A stretch of DNA of 64,000 nt from a virus. Lineage: Duplodnaviria > Heunggongvirae > Uroviricota > Caudoviricetes. The notes under the pieces were generated by a model, which made no database searches, was not told where the DNA came from, and saw only the letters and a program-made list of their open reading frames with translations. The translations under genes and the position numbers were made by a program. The stretch is from the IMG/VR virus record IMGVR_UViG_3300023371_001771, positions 1 to 64,000 of that record; one strand, 5' to 3'. Position 1 is the stretch's first letter. Each line of letters starts with the position of its first letter. This document shows positions 55,983 to 64,000 of this stretch, piece after piece.

Positions 55983-57190
55983 TGGTGACGGCAATGAATG
56001 ATAATTTGAAAAGACTGCCTCAGGAGACAGATGATCAGTATTTTTATCGTGTGTGTCAAATGAAGGACAGTCTTGGTTTTACATGGCCACAAATGGCAGA
56101 GATTTTTAATAATGAATTTGGTCGTAACATTGGTGATTCGGCGTATCGCAAAAAGTGGGCCGCATTTAGAGGTGTATTTAATGCTAATACTGACAAGCTT
56201 GTCGGCGAGAATACATATTTAAATGAGCTGAAAGAGCAGACCGACGAGCTGTACAAAGCAAAAAGGCAGCTCTACGATCAGAGACGTGAGTATAATAAGA
56301 TGCTTGTTAGTGACGCGAGAGCCGATCATTTGGTTGAAATGCTAATTGAAGCGGCAAACATCGCGCCGCTAGAAAATTACTCAAACATTTTTGTGTGTGA
56401 CTCAAATTCATCCACAAAAGAAGCGGTTTTGCTACTTTCAGACTGGCATTACGGACAGATTTCAGATAATATTTGGAATAAGTATAATACTGAAATTTGT
56501 GAAGATCGCGCTGGCAGATTATTTAAAAAAGTTTATAGCGCATTAAAAGATCATTGTGTTAGAAAAGTGCATATTGTACTGTTGGGAGATTTGATTAATG
56601 GCGCAATTCATAATACTTGCCGTGTTGCCTCTGAGGAAAATACTTGTGAGCAACTAATGCATGTTTCAGAGCTGATTGCGAATTTTATTAATGCTGTATC
56701 TAGATGCACATCAGAAGTATATGTGTATTCTACTTATGGCAATCACGCACGTACTATTCAAAATAAAGAAGATAGTATTCATGCGGACAACATGGAACGA
56801 GTTATTCCATGGTGGCTGAAGCAGAGACTTAAGGACAATAATAAGGTTACTGTAGTTGACAGTGAATATCATGAATTTATTTATGTTGATGTGTGTGGGC
56901 ATCATGTTGTTTGTACACATGGTGACTTAGATAAGTTTAAAGACATTGGTATTACCATTAACAGCCTGTTTTCCAAGAAGTATGGAAAGACTATTGAGTA
57001 CACATTCTCTGGAGACAAGCATCATTTAGAGTCTTTTGAGCAGTTTGGTATTGAATCTGCGCTTGTCGGTTCTTTGTGTGGCACTGATGAATATGCCAAT
57101 AATAAGCGATTGTATTCTAATCCTATGCAGACACTGTGCATTTTTACTCCAGAAGATGGTAAATTATGCTCTTATAATATAAAATTATAA
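55982..57190 (+). CDS. metallophosphoesterase (calcineurin-like; possible SbcD/Mre11-type nuclease or phosphatase)
   Basis: MPP motifs SDWHYG (DxH), LLGDLINGAIH (GDxxD), GNHA (GNH[DE]), and a later THGD. Confidence 0.55.
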   Translation: MVTAMNDNLKRLPQETDDQYFYRVCQMKDSLGFTWPQMAEIFNNEFGRNIGDSAYRKKWAAFRGVFNANTDKLVGENTYLNELKEQTDELYKAKRQLYDQRREYNKMLVSDARADHLVEMLIEAANIAPLENYSNIFVCDSNSSTKEAVLLLSDWHYGQISDNIWNKYNTEICEDRAGRLFKKVYSALKDHCVRKVHIVLLGDLINGAIHNTCRVASEENTCEQLMHVSELIANFINAVSRCTSEVYVYSTYGNHARTIQNKEDSIHADNMERVIPWWLKQRLKDNNKVTVVDSEYHEFIYVDVCGHHVVCTHGDLDKFKDIGITINSLFSKKYGKTIEYTFSGDKHHLESFEQFGIESALVGSLCGTDEYANNKRLYSNPMQTLCIFTPEDGKLCSYNIKL

Positions 57191-57207
57191 CAACACAAAA
57201 TTAATAT
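57189..57207 (+). promoter_or_regulatory. conserved motif copy (AACAACACAAAATTAATAT) ahead of the packaging module
   Basis: Directly after the metallophosphoesterase stop and upstream of gene 57301-57519. A hairpin (ggtgtattgtacacc / ggggaatttcccc) follows. Confidence 0.5.
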
Positions 57208-57300
57208 TTGGGCTGGTGTATTGTACACCCTGGTCCACCTAGCGACGGGGAATTTCCCCGTCATTTTTAATATACAAAGAATAAAGGAGAACAAATAATT

Positions 57301-57519
57301 ATGGAAAAGATGACTAAGAAAGAAGCGAGACTAGTATTCAATATGGGTGTTGGCAGAGCCCTACTTAAGGCAGGCTGCACTGTTATCGACGTAAAGCCCG
57401 ATAGAACTAACCCCGATAAGACTGTTCTAGTTTTCAAGAATGATGAAGTTTTTGAGCGCGAGTTTGCGAGAATTAATAAGGAAATCGCAGAGGTCAAGGC
57501 TAAGGAAGAGCAGGAATAA
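57301..57519 (+). CDS. hypothetical protein
   Basis: ORF with RBS AAAGGAGAA. Leader motif lies at 57189-57207. Confidence 0.45.
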   Translation: MEKMTKKEARLVFNMGVGRALLKAGCTVIDVKPDRTNPDKTVLVFKNDEVFEREFARINKEIAEVKAKEEQE

Positions 57520-57560
57520 CCACCTCTTTTTAAATAATTCAAAAGAAGGGAGGTAGAGTT

Positions 57561-58814
57561 ATGGCTGCTAGAAACGCGGGAAGAAGACCAGCTGCCAAGA
57601 AAACAGTGGCAGATGATAAAAAATATTTGTGCCCATATTGCATGAAGGAAAAGAAAAAGAGCGAATTCTATGTTTCAACAGACCCAAGGGTGCTAACTGG
57701 CATTACATCAATGTGCAAAGATTGTGTTAAAAAAATTGCGCTTGACTGGGACGATAATAGGCAGGAGTTTGGATTGTGCACTAAAAAATCTGTAATGGAC
57801 GCACTCGAATATATTGATCGCCCTTTTTTAAGTAACTTATGGGATTCTAGTTACGCAGAGTGGGCAAACACTGAAGCGAAAGTGCGCAGAACAACCATTT
57901 GGGATGCGTATATAAAAAATGTAAGTATGATTAATTATCGCGGTATGCGTTGGCGTGACGGCGATATTTTTAATACATATGTTGAAGATGCCAAGCAAGT
58001 CGCAGCATTGGAAATGGGCAATACTGAAGCAGCGCAGACGTTAATTAGTAGTCAAGAAGTTGATGGCGAATTTGACAAAAATAGAAAAGACGTTATTAGG
58101 TTACTTGGCTATGACCCATTTGAAGGAGAAAAGCTTGAAGATCAGCCATTGCTCTACTCTCAGCTAATTGGATATCTTGACGCAGGCGGAGATGGTAATG
58201 ATGATATAATGCGTACATCGTCCGCTATTACTATTGTTCGTGGATTTTTGCAGCAAGCAAAACTAGATGACAAGCTTGCAAAAGTTATGGCAAATTCAAA
58301 CTCAAATGCTTCTGAAATGAAAACTTTGCTAGATGCCAAGAAGAATATTAGTGCTACTATTTCTCAGTTGGCAGAACAAAGTTGTTTAAGTTTGAAGCAT
58401 AACAAAAACGCAAGCAAAGGCGAAAATACATGGACTGGTAAAATTAAAAAGCTCAAGGATCTTAACTTGCGTGAAGCCGAAGTAAATGGCTTTGATATAG
58501 GTACATGTCGTGGCATGCAACAAGTTCTTGAAATGAGTGATGCATCTATCATGAGACAATTAGCACTAGATGAGTCTGAATGGTCTGACATGGTTGCAGA
58601 GCAACGCAAGAAGCTTGTTGATGTACAGAACGAAAGAGACGTGTATAAAGAAATTAATAGAATTCTTCTTAGAGAAAATCTTGATTTAAGAGACACACTT
58701 GAAGATCAGGGCTTGCTTGATGTTAAAAACTTACAAGACCTAAAAGAACTCTTCTCTGCATTTGGAGAAATAGAAGAACCTCAGGCAGAAGAGGAGGATG
58801 ACGATAATGAGTGA
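57561..58814 (+). CDS. hypothetical protein immediately upstream of terminase large subunit (possible small terminase/DNA-binding)
   Basis: N-terminal zinc finger (CPYC...CKDC) and acidic C-terminus EEEDDDNE. The TerS call rests only on position, and the size (417 aa) is atypical. Confidence 0.3.
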   Translation: MAARNAGRRPAAKKTVADDKKYLCPYCMKEKKKSEFYVSTDPRVLTGITSMCKDCVKKIALDWDDNRQEFGLCTKKSVMDALEYIDRPFLSNLWDSSYAEWANTEAKVRRTTIWDAYIKNVSMINYRGMRWRDGDIFNTYVEDAKQVAALEMGNTEAAQTLISSQEVDGEFDKNRKDVIRLLGYDPFEGEKLEDQPLLYSQLIGYLDAGGDGNDDIMRTSSAITIVRGFLQQAKLDDKLAKVMANSNSNASEMKTLLDAKKNISATISQLAEQSCLSLKHNKNASKGENTWTGKIKKLKDLNLREAEVNGFDIGTCRGMQQVLEMSDASIMRQLALDESEWSDMVAEQRKKLVDVQNERDVYKEINRILLRENLDLRDTLEDQGLLDVKNLQDLKELFSAFGEIEEPQAEEEDDDNE

Positions 58815-60873
58815 TTTGTCAAGTATCAGGTTTAAAATAGTTAATGAAATACAAGATGAATGGCTTGAAACTTTGTTCGATGATGATTCTGTAATTTATG
58901 TTAAGCCTGGTGTTTACGCAATGTCAACACGAAAACTTGAGGCGTTGTTCCACATTGCTAAATTACAGAAGTATTATCAGTGCAATCCAGTTAGATTTAT
59001 TAATGATTTTTTCAATATAGAATTGCTAGATGCACAGGCGTATATTGTGCAACGAACTTGGAATTGTCCAAATGTGCTTGTGCTTGCAAGTCGTGGTTTT
59101 GGTAAATCTACAATTATTGATTTGATTTTAATGTCAAAAGATATGTTGTTTTGCAATGTGTGGAGCTATATTGCATCTGGTTCAGGATCTCAGGCAGAAG
59201 AAACATTTACAAAGCTTGAGCAAATTGCAAATGATAATATTGATGAGATGAAGGGTTCTACTGGATACATATTTAAGCACGAAGTTGAAATTAATAATGC
59301 TGCCGGAGATGGCTTTAGTCATGGCAGCAATGGATTTAAGTATAGCCTTTATAATGGATCTTTCACTCAGACGCTAAACTCAAATATAGATAAAAAGCGC
59401 GGTAAGAGAGGCTCGGTTATTTTTGATGAGTGCGGTTTCTTATCTGATGAAATGCTAAAGGTATATGGCGCTTTTGCTGCGGTCAATAAAAACTTTGCGT
59501 CGGGCAAAGATAGAGACGGACATTCTCTTGACCCAATTCGTTTGCGTACTTTTGCAATAAATCTTCCAAACCAAAAGTTTTATATTAGTTCTGCATCTAG
59601 CACAGATACAGAATTCTATAGACTTTATAGAGAGTTTTCTAAAAAACAGATTATGGGAGATAGAGATTATTGTGTTATTCAGGTTGATTGTGAGGTTGTT
59701 TTGAAACCAACAATACGTGGAGAAGTGGTTAATGCGCTGCTTACGCGCAGCACTATTGAAACCGAAATGCGTACAAATCCTGAAAAGGCACGTAGAGAAT
59801 ATTATTGTGAGTTTACTTCTGATGCTGGTATGAATGCAATTATTAGGCGTGGTGTTATTACTAGAAATAGTGAGACTCGCGCACCACTTTTGTATAATGA
59901 TACTGGCAAAAAGAAGTTTGTTATAGCGTATGACCCAGCAAGAAGCCGAGACAACTCTGTTATTCTTGTTATGGAGATTTACCAAACAGATGATGGAGAG
60001 TATAAGGGTCGTATTGTAAATTGTGTTAATTTGCTAGATGTTGGTAAAAAGATAAAGAGCCCAATGAGAACTCCAGATCAGATTGAATATTTAAAACAGC
60101 TTATATTAGATTATAATGGTGACGCACCAGATTATGAAAATATTGAGTGTGTTTTAATTGATGCTGGTTCTGGTGGTGGCGGCGTTAATATTGCTGACTT
60201 CCTAATGGAAGATTGGTATGACAAAAGAGGTAAAATGCATCGCGGCTTAATTGATAGAGAATATAGCGAAGAATATTCAAATAGATATCCCAATGCGGTT
60301 AATAAATTGAGATTGGTGTCACCAACTCAATACAAGTCTATAATTTATGAAGCATTGATTGAAATGCTTGATATAGACACTATTAGTTTCACGGCAGATT
60401 ATGATAACAAGGGATATCTCACTGTGTTTGAAGCTGATGAAAAAAAGCTTGAAAAAGAAAAGAAACGTATTGGAGAAGAATGGAAGGCAAAGGGCTTAAC
60501 TGGTGAAGATTTAACAAAGAAGATCGAAGATGAACTATCTCGTGCTTCTTGTGTTAGCACAAAGGTTGTTAAGCTTGACCAGTTCCAAGAAATTGCGCTT
60601 GCAAATATTGATGCCATGAAGGAAGAAATGGTCAATATGGTTCGTAAAAAGAGAGATTCTGGTAAAGACTCTTTTGAGCTGATTCCTGAAAAGGCAAACA
60701 AGTTGCATGACGATAGAAGCTATTGTATGGCTTTGTGCGCGTGGTTCTTGTCTGAAAAACGTTTGGAAGGCATTCGCGTTCGTAGAAAGCCAGATGCAAA
60801 AGATATATTAACAAAATTACAAGTTAATCGTGGAAAACCACTTAATAAGCTATTTGGAGTAGAAAGGCGGTGA
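58798..60873 (+). CDS. terminase large subunit
   Basis: Walker A LASRGFGKST, Walker B VIFDECGF, and an RNaseH-like nuclease half (AYDPARSRDNSV...). Confidence 0.8.
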   Translation: MTIMSDLSSIRFKIVNEIQDEWLETLFDDDSVIYVKPGVYAMSTRKLEALFHIAKLQKYYQCNPVRFINDFFNIELLDAQAYIVQRTWNCPNVLVLASRGFGKSTIIDLILMSKDMLFCNVWSYIASGSGSQAEETFTKLEQIANDNIDEMKGSTGYIFKHEVEINNAAGDGFSHGSNGFKYSLYNGSFTQTLNSNIDKKRGKRGSVIFDECGFLSDEMLKVYGAFAAVNKNFASGKDRDGHSLDPIRLRTFAINLPNQKFYISSASSTDTEFYRLYREFSKKQIMGDRDYCVIQVDCEVVLKPTIRGEVVNALLTRSTIETEMRTNPEKARREYYCEFTSDAGMNAIIRRGVITRNSETRAPLLYNDTGKKKFVIAYDPARSRDNSVILVMEIYQTDDGEYKGRIVNCVNLLDVGKKIKSPMRTPDQIEYLKQLILDYNGDAPDYENIECVLIDAGSGGGGVNIADFLMEDWYDKRGKMHRGLIDREYSEEYSNRYPNAVNKLRLVSPTQYKSIIYEALIEMLDIDTISFTADYDNKGYLTVFEADEKKLEKEKKRIGEEWKAKGLTGEDLTKKIEDELSRASCVSTKVVKLDQFQEIALANIDAMKEEMVNMVRKKRDSGKDSFELIPEKANKLHDDRSYCMALCAWFLSEKRLEGIRVRRKPDAKDILTKLQVNRGKPLNKLFGVERR

Positions 60874-62411
60874 GTTTTGTGGCAACAGAATTAACTAACA
60901 GGGAAAGAATTGAAATGTTAAGTCGTGAGGAACGTAATCGTGCCGCATTTGCCGCCGTTAAAGATACTATAGCACTTATTGACTTAACTCAAAATAAGAG
61001 TATTTCTTATACTACTTATTCCAGAGAGAGTTTGCGAAATTATTTGAGGAACCCCGCATCAGAAACCAACCAGAAAAACCTCAGAAAGTTAAGTAATTAT
61101 TTATATACGGTCTCTCATGTGTACAGGAGATTGGTTAATTTTAAAGCATATCAGATGCAACTTAAATCTTGGACGGTATATCCAGATATTCCTTTAACAG
61201 AAGAACCTGATACGGATAGTATACTGCAAAACTACGACAATGTAACGAAGTATGTTCGTAATATGGACATGAAGAGTCAAATTCTAAAATGTATGTTGCA
61301 GGCGTGGAAAAATGATGTTGTATTTGGTTTTTGCTATGGTGATCCAGAGAATGATGGATCATTTTTTATACACCTTTTAGATCCAGATTATTGTAAGATT
61401 TCTAGCCAACAACATTATAGAGGCGTGTTAAATTTTGCATTTGATTTTACATTCTTTGATTCAAGCACAAATTCATATTATTTGGATGTGTATGATCCCA
61501 TTTTTAAAAAAATGTATAACAAGTACTCATCTGATAGCACATTAAGGTGGCAGGAACTTCCTATTGAAAATACATTTTGTTTAAAGATTAATACTGATAA
61601 TATGGATTATCCTATCCCTCCACTTTCTGGTTTGTTTGATAGTGTTATCAATCTTGCAGACTTGCAAGCCGTTCAGGATTTAAAGGACGAGCTTGAGGCA
61701 TACAAATTGATTTGGGCAAAAATTGGCACAATATCTGGAACCAAGGACGTTGATGATTTTGAAATTGATCTTGATTTGGCCAGTGCTTTTTATCAGAAAT
61801 TGCAAAATGTATTGCCAGAAAATGTTGCGCTTGCAATGTCTCCTATGGATTTAGATACTATTGACTTTCAGAGTAATAATGCAAATGATGTTAATATTAT
61901 TTCAGAAGCCTATGAAAACATTATTAATGCTAATGGTGGTATTGTATTAAATCAGAATAAGATCACTAATAGTGCGAGCTTTAAGCTGGCATTACAGTTT
62001 GACTCAATGGACGCAATGGCACCGGTAGAACAAATTAATGCATGGGTCAATCTATGGATTATTAATCATCTTGGTGAGACTGGAATGGTTGTTGAATATA
62101 GTGATGTGAGTCCATATTTTGTTGATGATAAAATTGACAAACTGTTAAAACTTGCACAATATGGCGTTCCAGTAAAACTTGAATTAGCATCTTTGACTAA
62201 TGCAAATCCTGTTAAGGAGCGTGGCATGTCGTTTATGGAAACTGCGCTTGGTTTGGGAACAACATCATGGATGAATCCTTTGGTGTCTAGTAATGTGCAA
62301 AGTGGAACTCTGTCAGAAAATGGAGATGGCTCTGAAGGTAGAGCAAAATCAGAGGAGCCACTTACAGATGAGGGTGAAGCCACAAGAGATGGCAATAAAA
62401 ATGACAAATAA
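60870..62411 (+). CDS. probable portal protein
   Basis: 513-aa ORF translationally coupled to and directly downstream of TerL. The call rests on size and synteny only. Confidence 0.5.
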   Translation: MSFVATELTNRERIEMLSREERNRAAFAAVKDTIALIDLTQNKSISYTTYSRESLRNYLRNPASETNQKNLRKLSNYLYTVSHVYRRLVNFKAYQMQLKSWTVYPDIPLTEEPDTDSILQNYDNVTKYVRNMDMKSQILKCMLQAWKNDVVFGFCYGDPENDGSFFIHLLDPDYCKISSQQHYRGVLNFAFDFTFFDSSTNSYYLDVYDPIFKKMYNKYSSDSTLRWQELPIENTFCLKINTDNMDYPIPPLSGLFDSVINLADLQAVQDLKDELEAYKLIWAKIGTISGTKDVDDFEIDLDLASAFYQKLQNVLPENVALAMSPMDLDTIDFQSNNANDVNIISEAYENIINANGGIVLNQNKITNSASFKLALQFDSMDAMAPVEQINAWVNLWIINHLGETGMVVEYSDVSPYFVDDKIDKLLKLAQYGVPVKLELASLTNANPVKERGMSFMETALGLGTTSWMNPLVSSNVQSGTLSENGDGSEGRAKSEEPLTDEGEATRDGNKNDK

Positions 62412-62417
62412 GGAGGA

Positions 62418-62609
62418 ATGTATATGAAGGATACAAAATTTATCGTTGTTCAGGATGAGAGCATTGCAAATAAGCTTATATCAAGCGGATTTACAGTGGT
62501 TTCTAAAACTAATGATATGTATACATTTATGAATGCAATTCCTCAGCATTTTAATTTTGAAGAAATTGATATTAAAAAGCTAGTCTATACAAATAGGCTT
62601 GTTTTCTAA
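62418..62609 (+). CDS. hypothetical protein
   Basis: ORF with RBS AGGAGGAA. Confidence 0.4.
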   Translation: MYMKDTKFIVVQDESIANKLISSGFTVVSKTNDMYTFMNAIPQHFNFEEIDIKKLVYTNRLVF

Positions 62610-62653
62610 TATATAGACTTATGTCTGAAATCCTATGAGAAAGGAGGACAAAC

Positions 62654-64000
62654 ATGGCTAAGAAAATTATGACACTTGATGATTTATATATGTTTTTTGT
62701 GCAACAAAATAAATCTTTTAGTTTTAGCGCAAAAGAGTCTGGCGAGCCAATTATTGTTACTACAAATGGTCTTTTTGCCGCTGAAGAAGATAATGATATG
62801 CCAGGAATGTTAAAGTTAAAACTTAAAGTTTGTCATACTGAAACCAATAGAAATGGTAGTCACATTTCAAAAGAAAATATGGAAAAGGCAATGCCTACCC
62901 TAAAATATAGACCTATTTTAGCGTATATCCATGAGTTGCCAGATGGCACCAAGGACTTTTATGCTCACAATGTTGAGTTTGTTGAAGATGAAGACGGAGA
63001 TGCACAAGTTGTTTATTTAGAAAAACAAGTTGGATGTTTTACTGTTGACAATCCGTGGCTTGAATATGATGAAGATATGGATAAGACATATGTTATGGCA
63101 TATGCGGTTATTCCTGAAGAATATACAGAAACTGCAGACATTATTCGTAGAAAGAATGGAAGCAAGGTGTCGTGCGAGTTAGTTATTAACGAGCTTTCAT
63201 ACAACGCAAAGGAAAAATATCTAGATCTTACTGACTTCTATTTTGGAGCAACAACATTATTGGGATGTGACGAAAATGGTAATGAAATTGGAGAAGGCAT
63301 GCTTGGAGCAAGGGCTGACATTACTGATTTCTGCCACAAAGAGCCAGTGTTTACACATCAAGAAAAGTTGATTGAAACTCTTGAGAAGTTAAATGCAACT
63401 TTATCAAGTTTCAATAAATCAAATTCAGAGGAAGGAGGAGACGAAGAGATGGATGGTATTGAAAATATCGTTGTAGAGGAAACGTTTGAAGATACAACTG
63501 AAGAAGTTGTTGTAGAAGAAGTTGAAACTACAGAAGAAACTCATTCTGAAGAAGAAACCACTGTTGAAGAAACTTCTGATTCTGAAGATGGTGATGAAGT
63601 ACAGGATGAATTTGAAGAGACTGTCGTTGAAGAAAAGTTTACTAAGAATTTTGCTATTGAGCTATCTCATGATGATATTCGTTACGCACTGTATAATTTA
63701 ATTGGTCAGTATGATGAAGAAGATAATGACTGGTATTATATTAGAGATGTATATGATAATTACTTCTATATGCAAAGCTGGTGCACTAATAAGCTTTACA
63801 AACTTGGTTATTCTATTGATGGTGAAAATGTTTCACTTGAAGGCGACAGGCAAGAAATGTTTGAGCTAATTGTTTCTGAATCTGAAAAGATGGCCATTGA
63901 AAAGATGCGCGAAGACTATGCTGCGCTCGAATCTCAATATAATGAGCTTAAGGCATTTAAGGATAATTATGACGCATCTGTGCTCAAAGCAGAGAAAACA
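62654..64000 (+). CDS. head-morphogenesis protein (scaffold/protease-like), 3' partial
   Basis: ATG after AAGGAGGA. Open frame to the window end. Very acidic central region (EETTVEETSDSEDGDE) and coiled coil. Position after the portal. Confidence 0.35.
   Translation, partial: MAKKIMTLDDLYMFFVQQNKSFSFSAKESGEPIIVTTNGLFAAEEDNDMPGMLKLKLKVCHTETNRNGSHISKENMEKAMPTLKYRPILAYIHELPDGTKDFYAHNVEFVEDEDGDAQVVYLEKQVGCFTVDNPWLEYDEDMDKTYVMAYAVIPEEYTETADIIRRKNGSKVSCELVINELSYNAKEKYLDLTDFYFGATTLLGCDENGNEIGEGMLGARADITDFCHKEPVFTHQEKLIETLEKLNATLSSFNKSNSEEGGDEEMDGIENIVVEETFEDTTEEVVVEEVETTEETHSEEETTVEETSDSEDGDEVQDEFEETVVEEKFTKNFAIELSHDDIRYALYNLIGQYDEEDNDWYYIRDVYDNYFYMQSWCTNKLYKLGYSIDGENVSLEGDRQEMFELIVSESEKMAIEKMREDYAALESQYNELKAFKDNYDASVLKAEKT

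Noticed and set aside
57561-58814. Confident small-terminase call
   Set aside because: Only positional evidence. At 417 aa with a zinc finger and acidic tail it is atypical, so it is kept as hypothetical.

Overview
The window reads as one contiguous stretch of a large tailed dsDNA phage or prophage genome. It is low-GC (roughly 35-38%) with a more GC-rich island at about 38-42.6 kb, and ribosome-binding sites are Firmicutes-like GGAGG. Genes form two divergent arms. Leftward (minus-strand) genes run from 42,037 down to position 1, and rightward genes run from 43,356 to the window end. The two arms are separated by an ORF-free, AT-rich control region at 42.05-43.3 kb. The leftward arm carries a tRNA cluster (8 canonical tRNAs plus one tRNA interrupted by a ~60-nt insertion, 2.8-7.2 kb), an IscS/NifS-like cysteine desulfurase, an SPFH/band-7 protein, a Sak4-like RecA-fold ATPase next to an SSB-like protein, a tyrosine integrase, an HNH homing endonuclease beside a frame-split gene, a PcfJ-like protein, and a reverse transcriptase. 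Immediately downstream of the reverse transcriptase lies an unusual tandem array of ~170-bp units, each built from a conserved ~90-bp module and a unit-specific long hairpin. The rightward arm begins with a small winged-helix protein followed by iteron-like direct repeats and an AT-rich tract, which is a candidate replication origin. It continues through many small ORFs (two YopX-like), a 932-aa protein carrying beta-prime-like RAP...H and DFDGD motifs that I read as a YonO-like single-subunit RNA polymerase, an HU-like protein, a metallophosphoesterase, terminase large subunit, a probable portal and a partial head-morphogenesis gene. A ~19-nt motif (AACAGTACAAAATTAATGG in gene sense) recurs at least 20 times across both arms, always co-oriented with and just upstream of genes, usually beside sigma70-like TTGACA-N17-TATAAT promoters. 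Nothing was run: protein calls rest on motifs read by eye, and all coordinates were hand-derived.
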